NCBI GenBank assembly: GCA_051294375.1
Contig: CM119269.1
Coordinates: forward strand, 5,564,381 to 5,628,380
Reading direction: 5' to 3'
Source of the DNA: Paraspadella gotoi
Taxonomy: Eukaryota > Animalia > Chaetognatha
Length of the DNA: 64,000 nt
The stretch's first letter is position 1, and every line of letters begins with the position of its first letter. Shown piece after piece: positions 24,201 through 37,389 of this stretch. The position numbers and the translations under genes are program-made. The notes under the pieces were generated by a model. It was not told the origin of the DNA. It was given only the letters and a program-made list of their open reading frames with translations, and searched no databases.

Positions 24201-27200
24201 ATTCTGGCGTTTTCTAAAAAGGATACGATTTAGAGTAGACTACGTAGAGAGGCGTTTTTTCCCTGTTTCTTATTTTTAAACGTACCAGTTTAATTGCAAT
24301 TGCAATGTTTGTCCAAAGTGAAATGTCCTAGTAATTGATTGCTCGAAAATCTGAATTCGCGTAGTCCAATAATGGCGCGATGCAATGATATTCTTTTTTT
24401 CTACTCGCTGTCCTAAATCTTACCGTTCAAATCTGTGTCGGCGCCGTCCAAAAAAGGGGCGATGCAATGCTCCAACGACTTCAGCGGCGCCATCAGTTGA
24501 AAGAGTTCCGATCTTGAAGCCACGCGGTCGTGGGAGACGTCGATATTGCAGAACTCCCACAGGACGGGAATGCGCACGGGGTTATTGGCGTACCTGACAA
24601 TAAGTCGGTGAATACAATTAGCTGTTAATATTGTTAAATAGCATTTAAATATTATTGTTTATTGGTATTGTTAAAAAATACGATGGGGTATAACCCTTTA
24701 GTACAAACCTGGATTTTTTATGTAAATCTGAGTAATAGGTTGGGAGTTCTTTGCGACTATCAAAAGATTCCATTACTCTGAATAAAATTTAAAGTAAAAA
24801 AAATGAGAATATATATATATATATATATATATAATGGATATATAAGACTTAAAGGAGTTAAGTTTTTACCCTTTGAGCCAATCTGCCATGCGTCCAGGAA
24901 AATGTTGAAGCTCGTCTGCTGTACAAATTCGTATCTCCACACAGGCGCCGTAGTAATCAATCTTTTGGTCGAGTACAGAACTAATGAGAATTAAAATAAC
25001 AGATATATTCCTAGAATTAAAAAAAAATCTTTTGAAATATATGATTTTTTCTGTCCAAGAAAAGTAAGTTATATTATTTTTTAATCATATATTTACATTT
25101 AAAATAAGGAAGGAAAATCAAAGATTGTTTGAAGAAAAGCTCGATATCAATAAAACAAAAAAGGGTAATTCAAATGTGTTGCACCGCAGTAACTGCCTTA
25201 TCACGTGTATTTTTCGTGACATGACATGACTCGACATGACTACCATAACTTTTTTAGCCCATGTATTTATGACACGCACTGCGGCGCTTGTAGTCACTTA
25301 AAATTGAGGATTTTCCCTTGTTAACAAATGATCATTGAGAAACCAACTATATGCATTATGCAATATGCAAGTTATGAGCATTTTTATCGTAAGTGGGACA
25401 GACCGAAGGACAGACATACCGACCGACCTAAAAGTGACTTATTGAGACAAATTAAGAATACAGAAAAAAATACAAACCCAACCTGTCTAGACAGTCTGTA
25501 TCACCCTTGGTGCAGAGACAATGTTGGCGCCAAAACTCACATTCTGAGTTGAACGTCACATTCGCGTCACTGCAAACGTTGTTTCGGAAATTTATCTCCA
25601 GAGGGCAGGCCTGTGGGTAAAATAATTAAGATTCTTGCCCCTGTCTGTTCGCCTCTCTGTCTCTCTCACTCTTTCTCTTCTTTTTAAACCACAGTTACTC
25701 AATTAAAATAAATATACTTATTAATACTCTTGAATATTTAAGATAAATTATTTCTGATTCTATTTCTTTTTCAACCACATGTAAGAGGAATTTTCCGAAT
25801 ATAGATCTAACGAGATTTATTTCCCGCCAATTTATTTCCCGCCAAGTTCTCCAAGGAATCCGTCATCAAATGATAATTAATCTTGAATTAATGGTTCATC
25901 GCGTTTCCCCGGGAAGGGGCGATGTCGACGACGCCGACGATGATGCCGACGACGACGATGATGCCGACGACGACGATGAAAGACGATTGTTTTTCTTCCC
26001 TTTTCGTTTTAATTATGGATGCAGACCGAAATGGTTATCTATTATCTTTTGAAAAGTCGCTACAATATTTACTTATAATTGATTAAAATGGAACTGTAGT
26101 CGGTTTTTTTTTTTACAATCTGGGGGCATGACTTCGAGCATTGCATTCGGTATTCCCCGCCTATAAGCTTGACAACTTTTGTCGTACCCGGTTGCTCATT
26201 GAGTAATACCATCAGGCTCCAGGATCGATCCCCAACAGTATCTACCCTGCTGGTAGAGTGAGGACGGTCATAAAACGCCTTGGGAGCGTGGAAAACCCAC
26301 AAGCCTGGTTCCAAGCCCAGGACACGTTCGATGGCTGCTCGAGTAGTTAAAGAAGTTTAGGATAGAACTCTTCAGCAGACTTAGCGCCTTATCCATATAA
26401 CTACGGAAGAGACGTTACAACATGTCGCCTTAGTAATAGTTATGTGTATAAAACTGGATTTTTACGAAACATATTAAATACACTAAACACGTCTTAACAC
26501 ACCTTGACACACTGACAACCGGCTTCGCCCTTGTCGTCGGAAACGCACTCCTCTCCCTTCTGACATCCGAGATTTTCGCAAAGATCTGTCGCTGCCGTCG
26601 AAAAATCCGATTTCATTTTGAGTTATATGTTAATTGAAAAAAATGAATTAACCTTCTTCGATGTCTCCTCCGAGACAAGGATTATTATTTAAACTCAGCT
26701 GCAGCAACACGTGCACCAGCACGTTTATCCATAAGTTGCGGTGCGCGACGACGTTGAGTAACATGATCCGACTTTCGAAATATTTCTAAAATCTAATATC
26801 AATTTTTATTTTTTTTTAGTCCGTTATAACTATCGTCACGAACACGTTACAAACGATAACAAATTCAAAATTAATGTTAACATATTTTTAATAGCGATAT
26901 TTTTCTTAAGATAAGCACGAAAATTACGATTACACTCGGTAGCGAAAATGGCAGGAAAAAACTTTTTCCAAGAGTTTAAAAACTAAAGATAAAAGTTGTG
27001 AAGGGAGGCGGTCTTCTGGAAATCATTGCTATTTTCGTGAAAAAAAAACTAATTTTCAACGAATGTTTTTTTTTTCCATGAAAAAAAAAGTTTACAGTAG
27101 TTTTTTTTATCTCAACATTTTTTTAAGCAAAAATTGTTTTTTCTTGAAATCTGTTTTTTTTTTAATCTTTTTTTTAAAATCCTGAAATCCGTGAAAAGCA

Positions 27201-27659
27201 TCGTCTTTTCATCGTTGCTGTGGTTAAAGTAAAAGATCGAGATTTCGATAAATTACTTAAGACTCTTAATAAAAGCAGTGAATAAAAGGAAATACGCAGT
27301 GAATAAAATAAACGGGAACAAAATTGTTTGTAAAATGAAAGAAAGGTGCCTCAATAAGGGAATACATTAAATAAAAAAAGATTACGATTAAATAGCTTTT
27401 TACTTAAGAAAAATTAATAAAATAATTTATTTAGAGTGAGATCGAGTGAACTTTGACGTCAACGCCTCGGTCTCCTTTCGTCTTTGACGTCATTTTGAAA
27501 CTTCATTACAAGACGTGACGATTTGGAGAAAACTTAAAAACTTAATATATTTAATTCGAGTTTTTTTTTGTTGAGGGGAAAACTTTCAAAACTATGTATA
27601 TAAATAGACAGGTTCCAGAACTTAATCCGGTCACGGCTCCCTTATAATTTTTGCTTTTC

Positions 27660-27715
<56 letters not shown>

Positions 27716-28119
27716 GCGCAATGAATTTTCCTCCTCGAAATAAACTCGATGCCACGCCCTCGACTTACCCTCCCTTCATCCTTCACTCACTCTCATGCTC
27801 CGCTCTTTGTCCTCCTCCGACCTCTAACCTCCTTCCTCACCCCACTTTCCTTCTCTCCACCCCCTCTTCCACAGGACCGGGCTTCCCGTCGATTCCGACT
27901 CCGAATGGGACGACGAGGGGGAAGATCCTGACGTCAGCGTCGGCGCTTCCGGATTCGGCGCCGCGGCGTCGACCTCGGGCGCCGGCTCCAAGGATCGGTC
28001 GCCCCTCAAGGCGCCCGAGGTGGCGGGCCTCGGCGGGCAGCAAGGGAAGGCGATCCGGAGTTCAGGTGGTGGGAGCAGCGGGGAAGAGGGGGGCAAGAGG
28101 GGTAGAGTGGGTGGAAGGG

Positions 28120-28193
<74 letters not shown>

Positions 28194-28196
28194 AGA

Positions 28197-28232
<36 letters not shown>

Positions 28233-30256
28233 CGATAGCGATTAACGAAGGGTGTTGAAAACTGTGACAAACAAAGAAAAAGATTAAGCAGGCGAAGATG
28301 ACAATGTAACTCTATAAAAAGTTAATTTTCGTTTAACTTGGCCTTTCTCAGGAAGAATTTATTAAATAAAAACAAACAAATGAACATCGTCTTCTCTTTG
28401 GCGAACCCGGATTTCATTCGTAAAAGTCAAGAAGCTGAAGAGATAAAATTTATGTTGATTCCGTTATTCGCAAATTGACTGCCTTGTGCGCAAATTCGTT
28501 TTAACTTTCAGGCGTCACGATTCTTCGCCAATTTGCGTAATCTCAAATCAAGCTCCAACGACTCCTGTTGGTCCACCGCCGCCGCTGCGGCTGCCGGGTG
28601 AGTGTCTCCCGTTACCCTATTACTTTAGCTAATCACTGAAGATCTAAATACTTACTCAACTTCAATTTCGGTTATTTATTTTTGTATTTATTACAAAAAC
28701 GGTTACCGTAATAAAAATAACAATACAAATAATTTGAATTCCTCGTACGAGGTTTTATAAAAATTAATTTTCTCCCTATTTTCACTAAAATCTTCGTAAT
28801 AAAACGTTGTCACCTCCTGCCCATTTTCAGGGGCGAACGAACCGAAGATGATGACGAGAAAAAACCCCTAGCCCTTCACCGCGACCTGCTGCTTCGGTGT
28901 ACGGGGCATCGTCGGTCCATTGCTAGCGACAAAAGCGACAAAAGAGCATCCCTCCCTTCAACGTCGGAATCTTCGTCGTCTTCCGGAATTGGTTTAACCA
29001 CCTCCTCAACAGGCGGCGCAACGGATCAGGAGAAGGAAAATCGGACGAGGAGAACGAACAAAAGGCCAGTGGCGAAATCTAAATCTTTACACGGAGAGAC
29101 GACGGGGACGCTACTGGCAAAAAACATCAGTGGTAATTATTGATAAAAAAAGAATTTTTTTTTTACCAAAATCAATAACGTCTACTAGATGAAAGTGTTT
29201 GATGAAATTAAATCAAGCAATTAATATAAATAAGTTTAAAATTACATTACTAATGGCGATAATTTGATTTTTAATTGCTAATAGTCAGTAACATGGTTCA
29301 ATTTCATTTCAATGTAACTTCTTGCAGCAATCACGGATTCAACAAACACTGCGTCGACCCACTTAGCGGCGTCAGCAGCGGCTGCGGCGGCCGCGGCGGC
29401 AGCGCGAAGACCTATCGCTGTCGCCGCCGTCTCCAAGACAAAAACCACGAAAAACGTCAACCAAAAACATTCATCAACGACGACGATGATGACGACGAAA
29501 ACGACCACTCTTTCCAGCGCCTCTTCGAAACAGCGGTGGAACTCCAAGCCGCTCGCCGACGGCGCCACCTCCTCCCCCTCTCACGACTGGCGCACCGCCT
29601 CCATCAAACGCATCGCCGAACTTCCTTCCACGACCTCGTCGACGATCTCTTCCGTTTCCCACCGCGGCACCCACCGCCGACTCCACCACGCCCACCACCA
29701 CGACCATCACCACCGGCACCACATCCACAGCTGCGCAGCGGCGGTTCGCGGCGCAGCTCTGCGCCACGGCGTCGGGGACTGCGATTTGGATCAAGGCGCC
29801 CTGCCGCTGAAGGACTATCTCCGTCGCAGCCAGATGATGGCTACGCTGGGCGCCGCCGCCGCCGCTAAGCACGCCGCCGAGTCTGGCGGCGTCGGCGGCG
29901 CGGCGGCGTTTTCGTCGTCCCACGCCACCGCCGCTCCGTCGAACGCCCACAATTATCTGTGCCGCGGCGGGCCACTGAAGCAAGTTGGTGGCTTCTTCCT
30001 CACTTTTCCCTTCAACGAAGCGACGAGGCGTTCCTGCTTCCCTTCTCTCGACATCCGCGGGGTCGTCGCCGAGATCAAGAAGGAACTCCGCAAGTGCGTC
30101 GCCGACGTGAGACTCGGTCGACAATCCTCTGCCTTCAACAGGGACATCCCGCTGCTCTGGGGGCCGCCCAAGGCCGTCGGGGCGGCAGCGGCTGTGGAGG
30201 GAGGGAGGCGACAGGGGGGCGGGGGAAAAGCGGAAGGGTCCAGGGGAGAAGGGTAG
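18661..30256 (+). CDS. TTLL2: TTLL2-like tubulin polyglutamylase; exons 18661-18735, 18948-19115, 20705-20823, 21334-21444, 21527-21668, 22072-22152, 22249-22330, 22492-22560, 22712-22849, 23497-23635, 23728-23815, 27875-28019, 28512-28597, 28831-29132, 29328-30256
   Basis: [125 protein letters not shown], and the TTLL2-type tail [15 protein letters not shown]...[12 protein letters not shown]. One extra base at the exon 3/4 join. Boundaries of exons 11-13 are less certain. Confidence 0.88.
19090..19400 (+). repeat. About 52-bp tandem array (about 6 copies) built from the end of TTLL2 exon 2 plus its donor
   Basis: Unit ggcagaggctcaatcactaccccaag|gttgaaagaggggaaatgtttggtttg; the first copy is the coding exon end (QRLNHYPK). 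Confidence 0.9.
22840..23330 (+). repeat. About 59-bp tandem array (8 copies plus a partial) built from the end of TTLL2 exon 9 plus its donor
   Basis: Unit ggacattcag|gtgatttaataaccgKggacgaggcagRcattcttagattagaccattg; the early copies alternate between two variants. Confidence 0.92.
24004..26764 (-). CDS. SPARC/osteonectin-like secreted protein; exons 26764-26653, 26585-26503, 25610-25483, 24980-24870, 24593-24424, 24149-24004; 249 aa
   Basis: Hydrophobic N-terminus; follistatin-N [28 protein letters not shown]; Kazal ACP...[22 protein letters not shown]; IDYYGAC...FPGRMADWL; EC domain [39 protein letters not shown]...EITLSEWG. All five introns are GT-AG and phase-compatible (750 nt). Confidence 0.92.
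26155..26402 (+). repeat. Second dispersed repeat family, possibly tRNA-derived
   Basis: Shares ccccgcctataagc, attgagtaatac, ggatcgatcccc (B-box-like), ggaaaaccc and cttcagc..actta with 42158-42373 and its duplicate near 56590-56840. Confidence 0.55.
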
Positions 30257-31341
30257 GGTGGGCCGGATCCTGTTCTACGTATCGTAGTGTTTTTTCGTTA
30301 CGTCAATAATTTTGAGGGTCAAGTTTCACAAGTATTTATTTTTTCATAGTTAAAATGAGGAGATCGTTAACGTCATTTGTTTCGTGAGTTGATTGGATCG
30401 AATTTGATTTGATGAATGTTTATCGTGAAGTCAAAGCTTTGAAACTATCGTAGTTTTCGAATTACTGCCATTTATATTACAAGTTTTTTTTTTTAAAGAA
30501 CTGCTCTTTCAACTCCCAACTCCTTGGGAATCCTTCGTTTCTGTATCTCACATTTTTCTTCACGTCAAAAACTATCTGTGATGTTTCGCAAAAAAAGTCA
30601 CGCCGTAAGTTACAGCGTAACTTTTATTTTTCAAAGTGGTAAAAAACCGAAAAAATTGATAATAATTAATATTTATTAATCCTTACTACTTTCATAGTTC
30701 ACACCAAAAGGGGAAAAAAAAGTTTATGTTTGAAAGTGTTTCGACTGTGATGCGCAGCACTGGGCGTTGTTTTAGAACGCCTACCCTGTAGTCAAGATAT
30801 ATATTTATATTTTATTATTATTTGTTTATATTTGAAAAAAAAAAGAATGTCTATTGCGTAACCGAACAAGCTTTAAAATCGAGCCGATACGAGTCAGGCG
30901 CATTCATCGTCAGAGACTTTTCTCCCTCGTCGCGAGGTGATATCTTTTGGATGTCACGGCGGGGATCCGTTCCGACTCACAAAATATGCATGAATACTGC
31001 CAAAACAAAAACCCGAAAATTGAATAAAAAATTTTGAATAAAAAAAAAAAATTGTACGTGTTGAATCAAAGGATGACTTTTTCTCTTTTTACCCACGATG
31101 TTCAGAGGTTAGACTAGTGTTAGGTTAGTGTTAAATTATTGGTCTTTTTTAAAAATTTCGTCTCAGAAGATTCAATGTTGATATTTTTCTAGACAAGAAG
31201 ATGAAGTGGTTTTTTTTTATCGGGAAAGTCACTTACCCAATTTTCCTTACAATTGCAAGAAAAAATGAAGCTGCAATGAATAAAAAGCGCTCGCCACGGC
31301 TTGCAGAGTGAGAGAGAGAGAACGAAGCGCTTTTCAAGTCT

Positions 31342-31461
<120 letters not shown>

Positions 31462-31662
31462 TTCAAGGGTTGGGAATTTTCGGGGGAAAATTTAAAAGCG
31501 AATAAAACCCACATTAAGGAACGGCGTGGAGATTACAAGGTTCGCTGGGAGTCTGACTGGAACGAGGCTTTTGTCGAGATATGAAAAAGATTTATAATCA
31601 TATCAAAATTTCGGAGCTCGCGTGTTGATGCGCTATAAAAATCTTAACTCTCTCTCACTCTC

Positions 31663-31759
<97 letters not shown>

Positions 31760-31838
31760 CTCATTCTGTGTTTTCACAATTCGGTGAATGACATTTTGAA
31801 CGGAGGGGCCTTTCGGAAATGAATTTGCCTAAAGCCCG

Positions 31839-31885
<47 letters not shown>

Positions 31886-32308
31886 GGAGTAAAAAGATTT
31901 TTTGTATCTTGACATGACCACATATCGCGCGCCTTCGACAGATTCTGACCGAAGTCATCCTCGCTGTCATTTTTGCCGACAGAAATTTTTAAATTCAAAA
32001 ACGAAATTTCTAAGTTTTTAAAAATGATTTCACCCATAAAAATCCCATCTTTCGCTGTTTTTTTATTCGCCGCCATTAAAGTTATTACTCGATAAATTCA
32101 ACGCGTAGGTTGGCGGGTTTTTTTTTTTCGTTTAATGATTTTGTAAATTTCAAATCGGTGATCGAATGTCTTCGATTCATATTTTTTTCAGATTCACTTT
32201 ATTTTTTATAAAAAACAAGAACAGAAATTCAAATGTTGTGTTGCTCCCGTGTATTTCCGTGTATTTACGACAAGTACTGCATTGCGATAACGACTTTTTT
32301 TAAGTTTA

Positions 32309-32989
32309 TGAAATTGGTGCAACCAATATAAAAATTATTCATTCATTTAATAAATAAGCTATCTTGCCAATAACTTTGGACAGTCTTTACTGGTATATGA
32401 GATTTCTTTAAAAAACAAAAGGAAGCGCTAGTAGTCGCTTAGATTTGAGGTTTTTTCCTGTCTTAACAAATGAGCAACCGACTAGGTATAGGCAAGTTAT
32501 AAGCCTTTTTAAAGTAAGTGGGACAGACCGACGGACATATATACCGACCGACCGACCGACAGACCGCTTGAAAAGTGACTTAAAGAGTTGCTCCGCGAGT
32601 CACGCGGTTCAACTAAAAAGCAGGGTTAAAATCAGAGGTAAAGCTGAATTTTCCTAGGAAATAAACAAAATATCAACGAATAAACAATCAACAAACAAAC
32701 AAGCTCCAATTCGTTGAAGAACTTGGGTCTTGCAATCTTACGTTTGCTTAAATCGCGAATGTGTGTTAACTTTTTGCCTTCGAAGCCTCATAGTCATAGA
32801 AATTCTTTGGGTCGAAGGCAAAGAAAGAAAAATAAAAAAATCAGCGACCGCCTTGAAAGTGTTGCATTCAATTAGCCAAAGAAAACATTGGATTTTAAAT
32901 CGACTGGGATTGCGTATTGCGAATTCTGGGGCAAGATAGCTCAGATAATAAATGAATAGATAATTGTTATATTGGTTGTACTAATTTCA
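32309..32989. mobile_element. MITE-like element bounded by about 60-bp inverted repeats with TA flanks
   Basis: ta|tgaaattggtgcaaccaatata...gctatcttgcc at the left and ggcaagatagc...tattggttgtactaatttca|ta at the right. Inside is a gacagaccgac/(accg)n...aaagtgactt motif also seen at about 25395 and about 19945. Confidence 0.5.
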
Positions 32990-33668
32990 TAGAACACGGC
33001 GGGCGGATTAAGTTTTTCGTTTAATAACATTCTCGCCTCCATGTAATGATGACTAGAAAACTTTAACATTAGTCTATTAGACTATAGTCGTGGGTTCATG
33101 ATTGGGTCGAGGGTTGGCGAAGTCGAAAAACGGAGAAAACATACGATTCGGCTGAAGCTTGCAATAGTTACGGATGCTTGCAAAACCTGCATTTTTTTCT
33201 TGATTTTAAACGTTTAAGTCACAAAACAGAATAAGCCGTAACCTTCAATGAAATTGGTACAACCAATATAAAAATTATCCATTCATTTAATAAATAAGCT
33301 ATCTTGCCCCTGACTTTGGACAGGCTTTGGTGGTTTAAGGCCTCCATCACTCTTACAAGATAATGACATAGCAGGTCCCTGCAAGCTTTGTTACTCAAAA
33401 TGAAGATAATAAAAAGAATAACTTGCGAATTTTACCCAAGGGACTTTCTCTCTTCGTCCGGGGATTCCCGAACTCGCAAACCAACCTGCCGGCCTCCATG
33501 CCCGCCCTCTATATCTCTTTCCACGCCCTCATTAAAACAACTCGAGCGTCTATCGACGGGTCGGTTTTCTTCCGGGCGTAAAAACTCTTCCCTTCCCCCG
33601 GGCCACGATGAAGTTCGTTGGATTCAATGAGCGAAATTAAATCTTCGCTACTTTCCGCCTTGTCTCAC

Positions 33669-33738
<70 letters not shown>

Positions 33739-33815
33739 GATTATCGTATTTTCAGGTTCGCACATTAAATCACTGTCCCGCGCCGCACGCTCCGCGGTCT
33801 CCAAAAAAATTCAAA

Positions 33816-36800
33816 ATGGCGGAAGAGACGCTACGCGGTTGGACGTTGAACGACGTAGAGGCGGCCATTTTGAACGAATCGGAGCAACTCGACGAGCTGC
33901 TGCGTGAGATCCTCGGGACATCGTCGTCTTCTCCATCTCGACGCCGCCACGACTCCGCGCGGGCGGCGGCGTTGCAGCAGCGGCGTTCCCCGACCCCGCC
34001 GTCGGACGTCCCGTGGCAGCGGCGATCGCCCGATCGTCGGCGTCATTCTCCTTCGCGTCAGACGCAGCATCGACAACAGTCGAAACGTCAGCCTCGATTG
34101 CCGCACACTTACGACACTCCCGCGCCGCCCTACGACGTGCCAACAACGACGACAACGACGACGAAACGCGAAGGATCGCCGTCGGCCGCCAGCGCTGCAA
34201 GATCCGATGCCACTTCCCCGACGGCGCTTTTATATCCGACGCCGCATTCCTTTTACGATCGAACCTTCGAGGCAGAGACGCCCCCGATGACGACGTCGAC
34301 GCCGCTTGCGAGTGGCGCCACCGCCAGGGAGAGAGCGAACTCGGATTCGTTGACGCCTTTTTCTCTGGCGTCGTTGTCGAAGGGAGAGGCTTCGGGCGCG
34401 GAAGGTGGCGCTACGGACGGCGGCGCCCTTCATAGGTCGAAAACGTTCTCAGAGTCGAGCGCCTCCAACGAGGGCGCCAGGCAGGGTATCAAGGTGAGTT
34501 GTACGGAAAAGTAAGTTAAGGTTTAAATAATAATTTAACTAATTTCTTCAAATCTAATCAAATTCTTCTCTTCTTTCTCATTAGGGTTTCCTTCCTGGCC
34601 TGGTCCCTGTTCTCCCGGGCTACGATTACGACGCCATCCCGCGAACAAAGTACGAACGAACCGATTCGGAGCGTCTCCTCGTCGCCGAACTCAAGACGGT
34701 CCAACGGCGCCTCCGCGCCAAGCGTCTGCGTCGCAACAGTGGCGGCGACGTCGCCGTCGGCTGCGGCAAGATGCAGCACTCGGGATCTAGGACGCCGTCT
34801 CCGCCGCATCGGAGCGATTCGCTGATGCTGAGCGACGAAGTCTTTGACAGTTCGTCGGCACCACGTTCTCACGACGCCGGTGACGCCTGTGACGCCGCCT
34901 TTTACGAGGCGGATCTGGAGGCGCGACTCGACGCCGCCGCTACAGATTTCGTCGAGGAAGAAGTTCGGCGCCGCGAGTCAAAACGCGCCGCTTCGAAAAA
35001 CGGCGTCGTTCATAGCGACGCCGCCGATGCCGCCACTAAGCACCTCATGATCCTGGCGTGGCAAGCGGCACTGATGATGGGCCTAACTTCGGGGCACGCG
35101 GCGCCATCGGAGACTACGCCGAAATCGACAAACCATACGCCTGACGCTGCAGCCGACGTTACGTCGCCGCGAATCTCCGATGCCGACGTTAGAACCTCTC
35201 GGTCCTCCGTACGTCTCAGCCGCCGCGGTGCGAGTTTGCCGTCGACACCCAAGGCGCCGCGGGCGCGCCGAGTTCGCAGCCTCCATCGCGGCGCCGCTTC
35301 CGACAGGGAAGATCGGCTCGACGCTCTTCGGTCGCCGTCGGCGTCGCCGCGTTCTCAGCGCCGTGAGAAGCTCCTTCGTGCGACGCCGGTCGAAACCTGG
35401 AGCATCCATCAGACGGTCAAGGCGGTCGAAGGCGCCGCCGGCGCCGCTAAGACGCCTGAACTCGATGGCGCCGTGGTTTCCTCGTCGGCGTCGCCACCGA
35501 TGCCGTTGGAAGACGTTGCAGCCGGTGGGGGAAACGGCGCCGCCACGCCCTCTCCACCCGACGGCGCGTCTTCGGCGTCCTCTTCCGCGACGCCGCATTC
35601 CGGTTTCAGCGGGAGCGTCGACCGGCGCTTCGCGGAGCCGCTTTCTATCCAGGCACCGCCGGAGCCGAAGACTTGCCGGTCCAGGCGGTGGCTCGAACAG
35701 GCGGAGGCGGTCGGAGGCGGAGATGGAGACGGAGGTGGCGGTGGCGGTGGCGGCGGGGGTGGTGGGAGTGGAGGAGGAGGAGGAGGAGGATTGCTCATGA
35801 CGCTCGACGAGAGATTGAAGAGCAGATCGACGCCGAAGATCGACAAAGACGGAGTCGACTCCATCTCTAGAGACAACAGCAACAGCAAAGGGAAAAGAAA
35901 CAACAGCAACGTTAAAGACAACATCAAAAACAACAACAGCAACAATAACAACATAAGCCTCGTCTCCAACGAGGACGCCGTCAAGCCTCAAAAAGGCTCC
36001 GCTTCGCCCCGACGACGCCGGGGGGCGGAAGGGGAAAAACGCCACCACCACGGGAGAAGACTCGAACGCAGCGCCACCCACGAAATCACCCTGGACCATT
36101 CCATCGGGGTGGAGGGATTCGGTGGGTCGACAGTAGGCGGCGGTGGCGGTGGCGGTGGCGGTGGCGGTGGCGGTGGCGGCGGTGCCGGCGGCGGGAAAGT
36201 AAATAAGGAAAAATCAGTGGGAAAGGGAACGAGGGTCTTTGGGGACGACATTGAGGTGATTGATTGATTGATTGATATGATTTGATTTATTTTTTTATTA
36301 ATTGATTTATTTACGTATTGATTGGATGCATTATTTATTTAATAGATTGACTAATCGTTTGATTGTTTGATTAATAGATTAATATTAATATTTGTCATTG
36401 ACGACTTTTTCCTCTCCCAGTTGCTCGTCCACGATTCCGCTTCTTCTCGCGGCGTCGTTACCAAAAAAAGTCCGATTGAGGCGCCGTCGCCTTCTCGCGA
36501 GAATGACGACGCCGACCAACGCCGGGACGACGACGTCGACCTGACTTCCGGCGTCGCGACGTCGCGCACCTCGAGATTTCGCGCCCGAACGGAAATCGCC
36601 GTTCGACTCGAGAATCCATCGCTGCCTCGTTATCGACTTCGAACGCAGGAGGAATCCAGCGGCGGCGGCGGCGGAGGCAGCGGCGGCGGAGCTGCGAATT
36701 ACGGGCGTCTTCGTTCGCGGCGAGGAAGCGTGGCAACTTCGGCGGCCGCTACATCAGCGGCGGCGTCCGCGGCTGCGGCAGCATCAGCGTCAATGACATC

Positions 36801-37389
36801 AGCGGCTTCAGCGACGGCGCCAGCAGCGGCGGTGAGGACGACAGCGTCGACTCACGACGCGAGCGAAGTCTGGCTGAAGAGATCTTGGTCGTCGCCGCCA
36901 GTGAATCGAGACAAAAACTCGAATCACCGCGACGACGACGAGAACGGCAGAGATGGCAGCGGAAGCAGCGGCGTCAACGCTGCCACCGCTGATTCCACCG
37001 TCGGCGTCACCAGAACCGGCGTCGACACAACGCGTACATTAACAGTAGCGAAATTCCATGTTTCCGCCGCCGGCGACGCCGCAAAAGACGTCGACGCCGC
37101 CGTCGTTACAGCTTCTAGTTCGGCCGCCAACGACGCTTCGGCCGCCGCCGAAGATGCCGCCTCCACCGCATCCGTCTCTTCCACTGCCTCCGCCACCTCC
37201 GCCGCTTCCGGCCACAGACGATCCCCGAGTCTGACGCGTAAGAAGGCGGTAAAGCGAGAAACGGTCGAAACAGAAGAACACACCTCGATTCAGCTGATCG
37301 CCGTCGGACTGAAGGGCGTCGCTTCGTCCGCCGTCAGGTCCCGAGGGAGATCGAACAAAAGGCCAACGGAAGCCAAATCTAATATTTAA
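33816..37389 (+). CDS. Uncharacterised Ser/Ala/Arg/Gly-rich, probably disordered protein; exons 33816-34493, 34585-36255, 36421-37389; about 1105 aa
   Basis: caaaATGg start; AAG|gtgagt, cattag|GGT, GAG|gtgatt and tcccag|TTG are all phase 0 and join three long GC-rich ORFs. An acceptor at 33755-33756 implies an upstream exon. No domain recognised. Confidence 0.75.

Noticed and set aside
25915-25985. Asp-rich (GAC/GAT) tract as a SPARC acidic domain
   Set aside because: It reads Asp on the plus strand while SPARC is on the minus strand; it lies in an intron as a simple repeat.
27663-27712. 50-nt poly(A) as a retroposon tail
   Set aside because: No recognisable element body or TSD nearby.
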